From Centroscyllium fabricii (Eukaryota), in assembly GCA_051313645.2 (NCBI GenBank), contig JBNRSN020000148.1:558001-622000 (forward strand): a DNA stretch of 64,000 nucleotides, written 5' to 3'. The translations under genes were made by a program, and so were the position numbers. Below the pieces are notes generated by a model that searched no databases, was not told where the DNA came from, and was given only the letters and a program-made list of their open reading frames with translations. This document shows positions 11,926 to 23,540 of the stretch, one piece after another; positions within the stretch are counted from its first letter, which is position 1; every line of letters begins with the position of its first letter.

Positions 11926-12368
11926 GACTGACCATTGCCCAGTGGGTCCAGACTGACCATTGCCCAGTGGGTCCAGACTGACCATTGCCCTCTGGGTCCA
12001 GACTGACCCTTGCCCTCTGGGTCCAGACTGACCCTTGCCCTCTGGGTCCAGACTGACCATTGCCCTCTGTGTCCAAACTGACCCTTGCCCTCTGGCTCCA
12101 GACTGACCCTTGCCCTCTGGCTCCAGACTGACCATTGCCCTCTGGGTCGAGACTGACCATTGCTCTCTGGGTCCCGACTGACCATTGCCCAGTGGGTCCA
12201 GATTGACCATTGCCCTCTGGGTCCAGACTGACCCTTGCCCTCTGGGTCCAGACTGACCATTGCCCCTGGGTCCAGACTGACCATTGCCCTCTGGATCCAG
12301 ACTGACCCTTGCTCTCTGGGTCCAGACTGACCCTTGCCCTCGGGGTCCAGACTGACCCTTGCCCTCTG
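11926..12368 (+). repeat. 25-bp minisatellite, about 17 copies
   Basis: Unit GACTGACC(A/C)TTGCCCTCTGGGTCCA. Confidence 0.92.
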
Positions 12369-12649
12369 CGTCCTGTCTGACTGTGTCCGGTGGGCCCTGG
12401 CTGTCTGTGCCTGGCAGATCCTGACTGAACTTTGCCCTCCAAGTCCTGAATGGAAATTGGTTAAAATCCCTTCCCGCGCTCCACTCCGCCTTGTGACCTC
12501 TGGGTAAATGTAGCCTCTGTGGGTGACTCAGTGGAGATCGCAGTTGTGGATGATTCATTGCGATAGGTTAAAGACATGAAATAGAATTCGGCTTGTACTG
12601 AATGCTATGGCTGTCTGGCCTGATTGGTGAATATTTTTCTTAAATTCAA

Positions 12650-12792
12650 TATCAGGATGTGGGCATCACTGGCAAGACCAGCACTTATTACTGATCCTTA
12701 GTAATCCTGATGCAACTTGCTGGGCTGCTTCAGAGGGCAGTTAAGAGTCAACCACGTTGCTGTGAGACTAGAGTCACATGGAGCAGATGGCA
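12650..12792 (-). mobile_element. Decayed fragment of the SINE family seen at 33658-34132
   Basis: Shares CAGAGGGCAGTTAAGAGTCAACCAC..GAGTCACATG and the GATGTGGGCATCACTGGC tail. Confidence 0.65.
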
Positions 12793-12919
12793 GAAACAAC
12801 TGCGAGTGAAGACTATTGAATGTTGGAGAGGAGGGAGGATTCCTGGACCATGTGAGAGTGCCCACTCTGCCCTCACCGCTCTCATTTTGCTAACCTATTG
12901 TTTCATTCCTTATTTCTAG

Positions 12920-12964
12920 GGTACTCCAGGAAAGGCAGGTCCGAGAGGACAGAGAGGCCCGACG
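12920..12964 (+). CDS. COL5A1-like: Collagen helix exon C, 45 bp
   Basis: tag|GTPGKAGPRGQRGPT|gtatga. Confidence 0.95.
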
Positions 12965-13117
12965 GTATGAATCAATTTACTCAACATTATCAGCACCTAT
13001 TCCAGTGTATTGCTGCTAATTGTCAAAGCTTTAATGATTTAACTTCTCATTATGTACCTCAAAAATCCAAGTGTTTGTTTCTTGTGGCTCTAACTTGTTT
13101 TCTTTTTATCGTCAAAG

Positions 13118-13171
13118 GGTCCGCGTGGTGAACGTGGTCCGAGAGGATCAACGGGGAAAGCCGGCCCGAAG
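13118..13171 (+). CDS. COL5A1-like: Collagen helix exon D, 54 bp
   Basis: aag|GPRGERGPRGSTGKAGPK|gtaact. Confidence 0.95.
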
Positions 13172-13245
13172 GTAACTACTTTAATATCAACATCCTGCTC
13201 CTCGAGGGAAAGGACTTAGTGTCAGGGAATGGAACAATTCAGGGG

Positions 13246-13380
13246 TCAAACACTCCCAGGGCAGGTACAGCACGGGTTAGATACAGAGTAAAGCCCCCTC
13301 TACACTCTCCCATCAAACACTCCCAGGGCAGGTACAGCATGGGTTAGATACAGAGTAAAGCTCCCTCTACACTGTCCCAT
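13246..13380 (+). repeat. 67-bp satellite, 2 copies
   Basis: CACTCCCAGGGCAGGTACAGCACGGGTTAGATACAGAGTAAAGCTCCCTCTACACTGTCCCATCAAA. Confidence 0.9.
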
Positions 13381-13679
13381 GAATGTGTGTTAACTGATTT
13401 CCAATGCCCAGGCAGCCTTTCTACATCAGCTTATTTGTTTAGCCTGGCACCATCGACTCCTGGCTAGTGAACATTTCAATCTCAAGACCCTTATCCTTAT
13501 ATTAAATTGCCTCCCCCCTCCTCCAGCGGAATCCACCTTCAGTCTCTCACTGTTGCTCACACCTTCGCTCCTTTGGTACTGAGCGTGGCCTCAACCTCTT
13601 CCCTCCTCGACTGGTGCCTGCTCTTTCAGCCACCATGTCCCTTCTATCTGGCGTCCTCCCAAACCTGCCCCCTCATGCC

Positions 13680-14230
13680 CACCCTCCCAACATCTCACCC
13701 CCTCTCTTCCAACACCTTCGCCCTCAACGTCCTCCCAAATCTGACCCCCTCAAGCCCATCCTCCCAGAATCATTCCCCTCACACCCTCCTTCTGAAAATC
13801 TCTGCCCTCATCCCCTCCAACCAACATCTCCTCCCTCCCTCCCTCCCCCCAACTTCTCCCCCTCACCTCCTCCTTCCCAACATCTCCCCCTCACCCCTCC
13901 TCCCAACATCTCCCCCTCCTCCCAACATCTCCCCCTCACCCCCTCCTCCCAACATCTCCTCCTCCTCCCAACATCTCCCCCTCATCCCAACATCTCCCCC
14001 TCATCCCAACATCTCCCCCTCATTCCAACATCTCGCACTCCTCCCAAAATCTCCCCCTCACCTCCTCCTTCCCAACATCTCCTCTCACCCCCTCCTCCTG
14101 AATCTCACCTCCCTCCCTCCCCAAATCTCCACCTCATCACCAAATCCCTCAATTTCCCCTCTCACCCCCTTTGCTCTCAAAATCTCTCTCTCTCTCCCCC
14201 CCACAATCTTCCCGCTCATCTCTTCCCTCC
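13680..14230 (+). repeat. C-rich low-complexity tract (CCCAACATCTCCCCCTC units)
   Basis: Pyrimidine-rich degenerate repeat. Confidence 0.85.
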
Positions 14231-14620
14231 TTTTAATGTGTGATGTTGTTTATTGCCAAGCATGGGGCAGTTTTGTTTTCTGGACCCATCCCATTAGGAT
14301 TGGGTTGGAACTGCGTCAAAGGCAAGTCAAACATGCCCCTTTCAGCCAACAAAGGGAGAAAACTACCAACCCACCCAGTCTGGGCAAGGTGTCTGAGCCT
14401 CTGCCCCAGCCAGTCCCCTTCCAATATAGACATGTAGAAAATAGGGATTGGGGATGGATATTTGGAATGGAAGTCGCAAGAAACCCGTTGAATACTTACT
14501 GAAATTCTAATTGCTTGAAGATATTCGCAGAAATATCCTTTGTGCTGTTATTGTAAATGTAAATAATTTGATAAATCTTTCATTTCTGGAGCTAACATTT
14601 CTAATCGTCTCTAATTACAG

Positions 14621-14665
14621 GGTAGCTCAGGCAATGATGGTCCACCTGGTCCTACTGGTGAGAGG
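14621..14665 (+). CDS. COL5A1-like: Collagen helix exon E, 45 bp
   Basis: cag|GSSGNDGPPGPTGER|gtaagg. Confidence 0.95.
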
Positions 14666-15810
14666 GTAAGGAGATACAATCACCAAGATCCTTTCTCTTC
14701 TGTTGTGTTGCTTCCGTGCTGTGTTTTGATGCAGAACAAAGCCTGTCTCCAGTCCTGGACTATTTGCTCTTCCCAGTTCAGCAGTGGAAAGTGAAGGTTC
14801 CAGGAGCTGAGAGCAGTGAGCGTTTTGTGTCTCTAACGTTGACTTTATTAGGTTGTGCTGAGACTGGGCGTGGGGATCAGACTGCATCAATTCAAGTGTT
14901 CTTTGCAGCTGATGTTTTCCTCCCAACATTCCATGAAGAAGGTCTGCATGGTAAACGGAGGCTGCCAGAGTTGGATACAAATAGACTTTCGTTATCACAT
15001 GTTTGGAGCATGCATATTGGATCCACCTCAGCTTTCATCTCTCAACTTAGATCTGTGCATTTGAGGAATAGTTGGCTTTCAAGAATCTAAAACTGAAAGT
15101 GTTGGCATTGTGCATTGATTATTTTGGATGGGCTGCAAGGACCAACAATAGGTTCCAAATTGGAAAGAAAACTTCACATTTCTAAAAAAAAGCACACTAT
15201 AGGTGAAGAAAAGATCTCTGAATTAGCAAATCCACGTGGAGATCTACACTGAACTATCCAATGATTATGAAGATTAGTTCTAGACTATCTAATCGGTGTG
15301 AAGATCAACTCTGAGATAGCTCAATCCATGTGAAAATCAGGTCTGAGATTACTCAATGAGGATCAGTTTTTCTTTGATAAACTTTGATTGGCCTGGTGTG
15401 GGCTTCTGTGTGTCTTTCCCCATTTGTTGAAGACTGTCTCACTTGGTCCATTGTCCATGTTTAGTTCCCACGTTCAGCACTCATCGACCACAGCTGAGAG
15501 GATGCCGTGCAGCCATGTTCCTGCCAATGCATCTGTGCCTCTACATGGCACCTACCCATGGCAGCAAGGCATAGATGGTAAACTTGACGTCACAGACCAT
15601 CAGAACTATGCCATAGCACCTGGTGCTCTGAGAAACCGTGGCTGCAAGCCACTCTTCAGCAGACATTTTCTTGGTTGATGATGGTCGTCCAACTCCTACT
15701 TGGGCGCAACTAGCGTGGGCTTCTCAGTAACGCAGCCAATGATGTACAAATTGTACCAACTCACAGCTTAAGCCCGCGGTTAGTAACCAACAATGTTTCT
15801 ACGCCTCTTC

Positions 15811-16125
15811 AGGTGAGACATTAAACCAAGGTCCCATCTGCTCTCTCAAGTTGACATAAAAGATCCCATGGCACTATTCTGAAAATGACAGGGGAGTTAT
15901 CCCTGGGCAAATATTTATCCCTTAACCAACATCACTAAAAACAGATTATCAGGTCATTTCTCCCAATGGCTCTTTATGGGAGCTTGCTGGGTGCATATTG
16001 GCTGCTGCTTTTCCCACATTATAATAGTGACTACACTTGGGAAAAAATAATTTTGTTGGCTGTAAAGCGCTTTAGAATGTCCTGAGGTCGTGAAAGGCGC
16101 TATAGAAATGCAAGTCTTTTCTTTA
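15811..16125 (+). mobile_element. DeuSINE (SacSINE1/AmnSINE1-like) central domain and tail
   Basis: AAAAGATCCCATGGCACTATT..AATATTTATCCC..AAAACAGATTATC..GGCGCTATAGAAATGCAAGTCTTT. Confidence 0.8.
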
Positions 16126-16155
16126 CTCTTCAACTTGCTTATGTTTGCATCCTAG

Positions 16156-16209
16156 GGACCACCTGGACCTCAGGGCCCGATGGGATTCGCTGGACCCAAA
16201 GGACCTCCT
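16156..16209 (+). CDS. COL5A1-like: Collagen helix exon F, 54 bp
   Basis: tag|GPPGPQGPMGFAGPKGPP|gtaagt. Confidence 0.95.
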
Positions 16210-16586
16210 GTAAGTAGTCCCAGACATTTCCCTCATTTCTTATCAGATTGTAAGTTGATCCAGGTTTGCCCACTCAAGAGAAAAGGCACTTTGAGATTTA
16301 ATTTAACAGTTTTAATTATTGATGTTTGGGGAAATGTGCAGCTCCCTCAGGAATCACTTCATAGGGTTCATGCTTCACATATTATCAAATAACCTCAACC
16401 ATTCCGGAGATTCAATAGGGAATATATATTGGAAAAAACAACATTCGTATGGCTGTGGAGAAACAACAGGGGAGTGGGACTAATTGGATCGCTCTTTCAA
16501 AGAGCCAACACAAGCACGATGGGCCGAATGGTCTCCTGTGCTGTAAGATTTTATGATTAGGCTGCTTTTCGAGGTTAACAGAGCAA

Positions 16587-17545
16587 CAGGTACAGCACGG
16601 GTTAGATACTGAGTAAAGCTCCCTCTACACTGTCCCATCAAGCACTCCCAGGGCAGGTACAGCACGGGTTAGATACAGAATAAAGCTCCCTCTACACTGC
16701 CCCATCAAACACACCCAGGGCAGGTACAGCACGGGTTAGATACAGAATAAAGCTCCCTCTACACTGTCCCATCAAACACTCCCGGGGCAGGTACAGCATG
16801 GGTTAGATACAGAGTAATGCTCCCTCTACACTGTCCCATCAAACACTGCCGGGACAGGTACAGCACAGGTTAGATATGGAGTAAAGCTCCCTCTACACTG
16901 CCCCATCAAACACTCCCAGGGCATGTAAAGCACAGGTTAGATGCAGAGTAAAGCTCCCTCTACACTGTCCCCATCAAACACTCCCAGGGCAGGTACAGCA
17001 CAGGTTAGATACAGAGTAAAGCTCCCTCTACACTGTCCCATCAAACACTCCCAGGGCAGGTACAGCACGGGTTAGATACAGAGGAAAGCTCCCTCTACAC
17101 TGTCCCATCAAACACCCCCAGGGCATGTACAGCACAGGTTAGATGCAGAGTAAAGCTCCCTCTACACAGTCCCCATCAAACACTCCCAGGGCAGGTACAG
17201 CACAGGTTAGATACAGAGTAAATCTCCCTCTACACTGTCCCATCAAACACTCCCAGGGCAGGTACAGCATGGGTTAGATACAGAGTAAAGCTCCCTCTAC
17301 ACTGTCCCATCAAACACTCCCAGGGCAGGTACAGCACGGGTTAGATACAGAGTAAAGCTCCCTCTACACTGTCCCATCAAACACTCCCAGGGCAGGTACA
17401 GCACGGGTTAGATACAGAGTAAAGCTCCCTCTACACTGTCCCATCAAACACTCCCAGGGCAGGTACAGCACGGGTTAGATACAGAGTAAAGCTCCCTCTA
17501 CACTGTCCCATCAAACACTCCCAGGGCAGGTACAGCACGGGTTAA
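16587..17545 (+). repeat. 67-bp satellite, about 14 copies
   Basis: Same unit as 13246; 67-bp spacing checked; ends about 125 bp before exon G. Confidence 0.95.
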
Positions 17546-17671
17546 GTACTGGGTAATGCTCCCCACAGAGACCAATTTCTTGACTCAGCTGCAGTTTTTT
17601 CAGAGTAATTAACTGTTTTATCAAATGTTATCAACTGCTAAACGATATCTTTCTCTCCAATCCCTTTCTAG

Positions 17672-17725
17672 GGCCCAGCCGGTAAGGACGGATTACCTGG
17701 ACACCCCGGACAACGAGGTGAAACT
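17672..17725 (+). CDS. COL5A1-like: Collagen helix exon G, 54 bp
   Basis: tag|GPAGKDGLPGHPGQRGET|gtaagt. Confidence 0.95.
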
Positions 17726-18239
17726 GTAAGTTGCAATCCTCTCTGAGATGTCTTGTAATGTTCTGCTCCGTTCCCTACATCTGAAGAGGCTCCCTCCCAG
17801 GTGACCAATCTCCTGTCTTGTAGACAAGGGGGGTTTGTGAAACTGGATTGTTTGATCAGCTACACGGAGAGATCGACAGGGACCAGCCAGAGCCCCTGGT
17901 AGGTGGAGCGGTTAACTCTAGGAGACTGGTGTCACACCCTGCCTTTCTGAGTATATGTCGCAAGAAATGCATTTGGCCATGTACTCAAACCGCGGGCATC
18001 TGAACAGGCAGTGCAATCCATTTATACAGGAGATGTCGGACATCTGAGCAGATACCAGACCCATGTCAGATAATCTCTCTCTTGGCATCACCATTGCTCC
18101 ACTATTGTAGTTTTGGGTGTCACCCAGTTTATCACACTCATATACACGAGTGGACCAAGATAATATCCTTCAGGGAAGGGGAACTTGTCACCCTTATCCA
18201 TTTTGGACCATATGTGACTCCAGTCCTCCACTATGTGGT

Positions 18240-18580
18240 TAGGAACAGGAGGAGGCCATTGATCCCCCCCAGCCTGTTCCGCCATTCAATTCGATCAGCA
18301 CTGATGTGAATCTTAATCCATTTACCTGCCTTGGTTTCGTATCCATTAATACCCTCGCCCAACAAAAATCTATCAATCTCAGTCCTGACATTGCCCATTG
18401 ACCCCCAGCCTAACAGCTTTTTGGGGGCGAGAGTTCCAGATTTCCTTCCCCTTTGTGTGAGGAAGTGCTTCCTGACATCACCCCTGAACGGCCGGGCTCT
18501 AATTTGAAGGTTCTGCCCCCCTTGTTCTGGACCCCCCCCACCCGAGGAAATAGTTTCTGTCGATCCACCCCATCAACTCC
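18240..18580 (-). mobile_element. CR1 LINE 3' fragment
   Basis: AGGAACAGGAGGAGGCCATT..CCGCCATTCAAT tail and CCCTTTGTGTGAGGAAGTGCTTCCTGACATC. Confidence 0.75.
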
Positions 18581-19603
18581 TTTGCTCGTGATGGCTGAGC
18601 AAGCCGTTTACTTGTGGAACTCAAGAAATTCCTCCTGGCCCCATGCATCTCAGCAATGAGGAGTCCTGGATATAGAAGTGGAAGCCAGATACAGGGTTCC
18701 ACGTAGAGCACTGAAACAGGAGCAAATGTGGATTGCATTCATTCCGATGTTGGGTGAGGAGAAGGTCAGGCATGACTGGAATGAACCTCATGATAATGCT
18801 TGAAAGTTACCTGATCGCAGTCTATGCCAGTACCCCAGTCACACCAGTTGAGTTGAGTTATGTTGAGTTGAGTTATGTTGAGTTGAGTTATGTTGAGTTG
18901 AGTTATATTGAGTTGAGTTATGTTGAGTTGAGTTATGTTGAGTTGAGTTATGTTGAGTTGAGTTATGTTGAGTTGAGTTATGTTGAGTTGAGTTATGTTG
19001 AATTGAGTTATGTTGAGTTGAGTTATGTTGAGTTTTGTTGAGTTGAGTTTTGTTTTTCTGAGTTGTGTTCATAGAATCATACAGCACAGAAAGAGGCCCT
19101 TCGGCCCACCGTGTCCATGCCGGCCATCAAGCCCTGTCTATTCTAATCCCATTTTCCAGCACTTGGTCCGTAGCCTTGTATGCTATGGCATTTCAAGTGC
19201 TCATCTAAATGCTTCTTGAATGTTGTGAGTGTTCCTGCCTCTGCCACCTGTTCAGGCAGTGAGTTCCAGATTCCAACCACCCTCTGGGTGAAAAAGTTCT
19301 TCCTCAAATCCCCTCTAAACCTCTCGCCCCTTACCTTGAAACAATCCCCCCTGGTTATTGAACCCTCGACTAAGGGGAAAAGTTCCTTTCTATTTACCCT
19401 ATCTATACCCCTCATAATTTTGTACACCTCAATCAGGTCCCCCCTCAGCCTTCTCTGCTCTAAGGAAAACAACCCCAGCCTGTGCAGTCTCTCTTCATAG
19501 CTGAAGCGCTCCAGCCCAGGTAACATCCTGGTGAATCTCCTCTGCACCCTCTCCAATCCAATCACATCCTTCCTATAGTGTGGCGACCAGAACTGCACAC
19601 AGT

Positions 19604-20375
19604 GGGGGGGATTTTGCCAGAACTGCGGGAACCTGGCGGGGATTAGTCTGGGCGGGTTCCTGTCCCGCCCGCCAGCCTAAGGGCCTGGGAAGCCCATGCA
19701 ATTTTAATTTAATTGAGTTGTTAAATCCCCGCCGGCGGCAGCGGGTGGTAATTAACTCAATCGAGTTAGGCTGCAGCGGGGCTGCGAGGTTTGATTGACA
19801 GTTCCAGCACTGGTTGTTGACAGTTCCCATGGAAAACTCCACTGTGACATCACAGTCGAGTGGAACCAATGGGAAAGGTCAAGTGCTGGTGACTGACAGG
19901 TGGGCGGGCTCCGAATCCTTGACAGCTCGCACCAGCTGTGAGCAAATGTGCAAAGCTGTGATTTCTCAGTTTTTGCTCACAGCTGGTGCAGCCACCATGG
20001 AGTAACTTACTCCTCTAAGGTGCTGGAGACATGCCAAGCATTTGGCAGCATGTTCTTCACACCTTGAAGGAGAAAGTAATGACCAGCGCTGTGCTCCCAC
20101 TGGGTTTCACCGAGCGGGGTTTAAGGTGACGGAGTTAGGGTGGGAAACGGCTCAAAATGGCTGAGGGCCCTTCAAATGGCATTAAACATGCCAATTCAGG
20201 GCCCTTAACAAGGTGCCAACCCATCCTCGCCGGCTGCCGGCGGGAAGGTTTCAGGGCAGGGAATCAGGGTGGGAGAAAATGATAAAGCGGGGTGGGGGTC
20301 GTGACCCAGTGGTTGCGCTATTTTGCCGGCCGAGCCGCCGAAAACCCCACCTCACGGGGACATGAAATTCCCCCC
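19604..20375. mobile_element. Harbinger-like MITE, about 770 bp, inserted in the CR1
   Basis: TIRs GGGGGGGATTTT / AAATTCCCCCC, duplicated (C)AGT target; removing it restores the CR1 motif LEYCVQFW. Confidence 0.8.
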
Positions 20376-21390
20376 AGTATTCCAACTGTGGCCTAACGAG
20401 TGTTTTGTACAGCTCCATCATAACCTCCCTGCTCTTATATTCTATGCCTCGGCTAATGAAGGCAAGTATCCCATATGCCTTTTTAACCACCTTATCCACC
20501 TGTCCTGCTGCCTTCAGGGATCTATGTACATGCACACCAAAGTCCCTCTGATCCTCTGTCCTCCCTAGGGTCCTACCATTCATTGTGTATTCCCTTGCCT
20601 TGTTAGTCCTCCCAAAATGCATCACCTCACACTTTTCAGGGTTAAATTACATTTGCCACTGTTCTGCCCATCTGACCAACCCACCTATATCAGCCTCCAG
20701 CCTGAGGCTTCCCTCCTCGCTATTTACCACCCCACCAATTTTCGTGTCATCTGCAAACTTACTGATCATACCTCCCACATTCATATCTAAATCATTAATG
20801 TACACTACAAACTGCAAAGGACCCAGCACCGATCCCTGCAGTACAGCACTGGACACAGGCTTCCAGTCACAAAAACAACCTCTGACCATCACCCTCTGCC
20901 TCCTGCCACTAAGCCAGTTTTGGATCCAATGTGCCAAATTGCCCTGGATCCCATGGGCTCTTACCTTCTTAACCAGACTCCCATGCAGGACTTTGTCAAA
21001 AGCCTTACTGAAGTCCATGTATACCACATCAACTGCACTACCCTCATCCACACACCTAGTCACCCCCTCGAAAAATTCAATCAAATTGGTCAGACATGAT
21101 CTTCCCTTGACAAAGCCATGCTGACTATCGTTGATTAATCCTTGCCTCTCCAAGTGGAGACTAATTCTGTCCCTCAAAACTTTTTCCAATAATTTCCCTA
21201 CCCCTGATGTTAGGCTCACTGGCCTGTAATTCCCTGGTTTAACCCTACGACCCTTCTTGAATAATGGTACTACGTTAGCTGTTCTCCAGTCCTCTGGCAC
21301 CTCCCCTGTGGCCAGAGAGGTTCTGAAAATTTGTGTCAGAGCCCCTGCAATCTCCTCCTTTGCCTCACACAGCAGCCTGGGATACATCTA

Positions 21391-21800
21391 GGGCGGCACG
21401 GTGGCACAGCGGTTAGCACTGTTGTCTCACAGCACTGGAGACCCGGGTTCAAATCCAGCCTCGGGTACTATCTGTGTGGAGTTTGCACATTCTCCCCGTG
21501 TCTGCGTGGGTTTCCTCCGGGTGCTCCGGTTTCCTCCCACAGTCCAAAGATGTGCGGGTTAGGTTGATTGGCCATGATAAATTGACCCTTAGTGTTAGGG
21601 GGATTGAATATGTGGGGTTACGGGGATAGGGTGGGATATGTGTCAGTGCAGGCTCGATAGGGATCGAGGGATATGGGGAGAGGGCAGGGGCGGGGTACTG
21701 GGTTTGGATGATCAGCCATGATCTCATTGAATGGCGGAGCAGGCTCGAAGGGCCGAATGGCCTACTCCTGCTCCTAGTTTCTATGTTTCTATGTTTCTAT
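21391..21800 (+). mobile_element. Full-length HE1-type tRNA-derived V-SINE with a CR1-derived tail
   Basis: A box TGGCACAGCGG, B box GGTTCAAATCC, V-domain GTGGAGTTTGCACATTCTCCCCGTG, (TTTCTATG)n tail; ATCT on both sides. Confidence 0.9.
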
Positions 21801-23540
21801 CTCATCTGGGCCTGGGGATTTATCCACTTTTAAGCCTGCTAAAACCGCTAATTCCTCCTCGTTCTCAGTACTAATTTGTTCAAGTATATCACAATCCCGC
21901 TGCCTGATTTCTGTGCCGACATCGTCCTTCTCCACAGTGAACACAGATGCAAAATATTGATTTAAAACTCCACCTACATCTTCTGGCTCTACACACAGAT
22001 TGCCACTTTGGTCCCTAATGGGCTCTACTCTTTCCCTAGTTATCCTCTTGCCCTTAATATACTTATAAAACACCTTAGGATTTTCCTTTATTTTGTTTGC
22101 CAGTGTTATTTCATGCCCCCTCCTCGCTCTCCTAATTTCTTTTTTAAGTAACCCCCTGCACTTTCTGTACTCCTCTTGGACTTCCACTGTTTTTAGTCCT
22201 TTGTATCTGCCAAAAACCTCCCTCTTTTTCCTAATCCATTCTCGTATATCCCTTGACATCCACGGTTCCCTGGACTGGTTGGTCCCACCCTTGACCTTTA
22301 CGGGAACATGTTGCCATTGTACTCACTTTTCCTTTCTGAAAGACTCCCACTGCTCTGATGTGGATTTTCCTACAAGTAGCTGATCCCAGTCCACTTTGGC
22401 CAGATCCTGCCTTATCATTATAAATTTCCTTTCCCAAATTTAGAACCTTTATTTCCGGTCCATCTTTGTCCTTTTCCATGACTACCTTAATTCTCACTGA
22501 ATTATGGTCACTATCACCAAAATGCTCCCTACTAACACTTCTACCACTTGCCCGGCTACATTCCCTAGAATGTACCACCCCCACTCTTGTAGGACTTTCT
22601 ACATGCTGGCTTAAAAAGCTTTCCTGGATGCACTTTAAGAATTCCGCCCCCTCTAAGCCTTTCACACTTTGACTATCCCAGTTAATATTGGGGAAGTTGA
22701 AATCCCCTGCTATTATTACCCTTTTATTTCTACACTTCTCTGAGATTTGCCTACATATCTGTTCCTCTATCTCCCCCTGACTGTTGAGTTGTGTTCTGTT
22801 GTGTTGAGCTGAGATGTGTTGTGTTGAGTTACATTGTTTTGTGTTGATTTGAGTTCAGTTGAGTTTAGTTGAGTTGTGTTTAGTTGAGCTTTGTTGTGTT
22901 GTGCTCAGTTGTGTTGAGTTGTGTTGAGTTCGCTTGTGTTGAAATGTGTTGAGTTGTGTTGTGTTTAGTTGAGTTGTGTTGAGTTCGCTTGTGTTGAAAT
23001 GTGTTGAGTTGTGTTGTGTTGATTTGTGTTGAGTTGTGTTCTGTTGTGTGTTCTGTTATATTGAGTGGCGTGTTGAGTTATATTGCGTTGTTTTGTATTG
23101 TGCTGATTTGAGGTGTGTTGTGGAGTTCAGTCAGTTTACTTGTGTTGAGTTGAGATGAGTTGTGTTGAGTTGAGCTTTGTTGCTTTGAGTTTTGTTGAGT
23201 TGAGCTTTGTTGCTTTGAGTTTTGTTGAGTTGTGTTCTGTTGTGTTGAATTTTGTTCTGTTGTGTTCTATTGAGATGTGTTGTGTTGAGGTGTATCTGTT
23301 GACTTCAGTTTTGTTTATTTAAGTTCCAGTGTGTTGAGTTCAGTTGTGTTGAGTTGTGATGAGATGAGTTGAGTTGTGTTTAGTTGAGTTCTGTTGTGTT
23401 AAGTTGTGTTGAGTTGAGTTGTGTAGTGTTGAGTTATGTTGTGTTGAGTTGAGAGGAGTTCTGTTGTGTTGAGTTGTGTTGTGTCATCGTCTGTTGTGTT
23501 GAGCTGTGTAATGTTGAGTTGTATTGCAACTGAGTAGTAT

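Larger units (their letters stand above)
19070..22782 (-). mobile_element. CR1 LINE ORF2 (5'-truncated, degenerate) interrupted by a MITE and a SINE
   Basis: KSPGPD, NYRPVSLTS, SQHGF, DFSKAFDKV, QGSVLGP, FADD, LVRPQLEY, FFTQRVV across ORFs 19143-22665. Confidence 0.93.

Noticed and set aside
11633-12558. ORFs with collagen-looking GQSGPRG repeats
   Set aside because: They come from a 25-bp minisatellite on the antisense strand; there is no sustained Gly-X-Y frame, and the real collagen is continuous without them.
13507-14502. 331-aa Pro-rich ORF
   Set aside because: C-rich low-complexity tract within an intron.
16587-17545. Regular repeat arrays resembling CRISPR
   Set aside because: Head-to-tail units with no unique spacers, no cas genes, and a vertebrate context.
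21391-21470. tRNA-like A and B boxes (also at about 34040-34132, 61663 and 62603)
   Set aside because: SINE heads continuing into SINE bodies, not tRNA genes.
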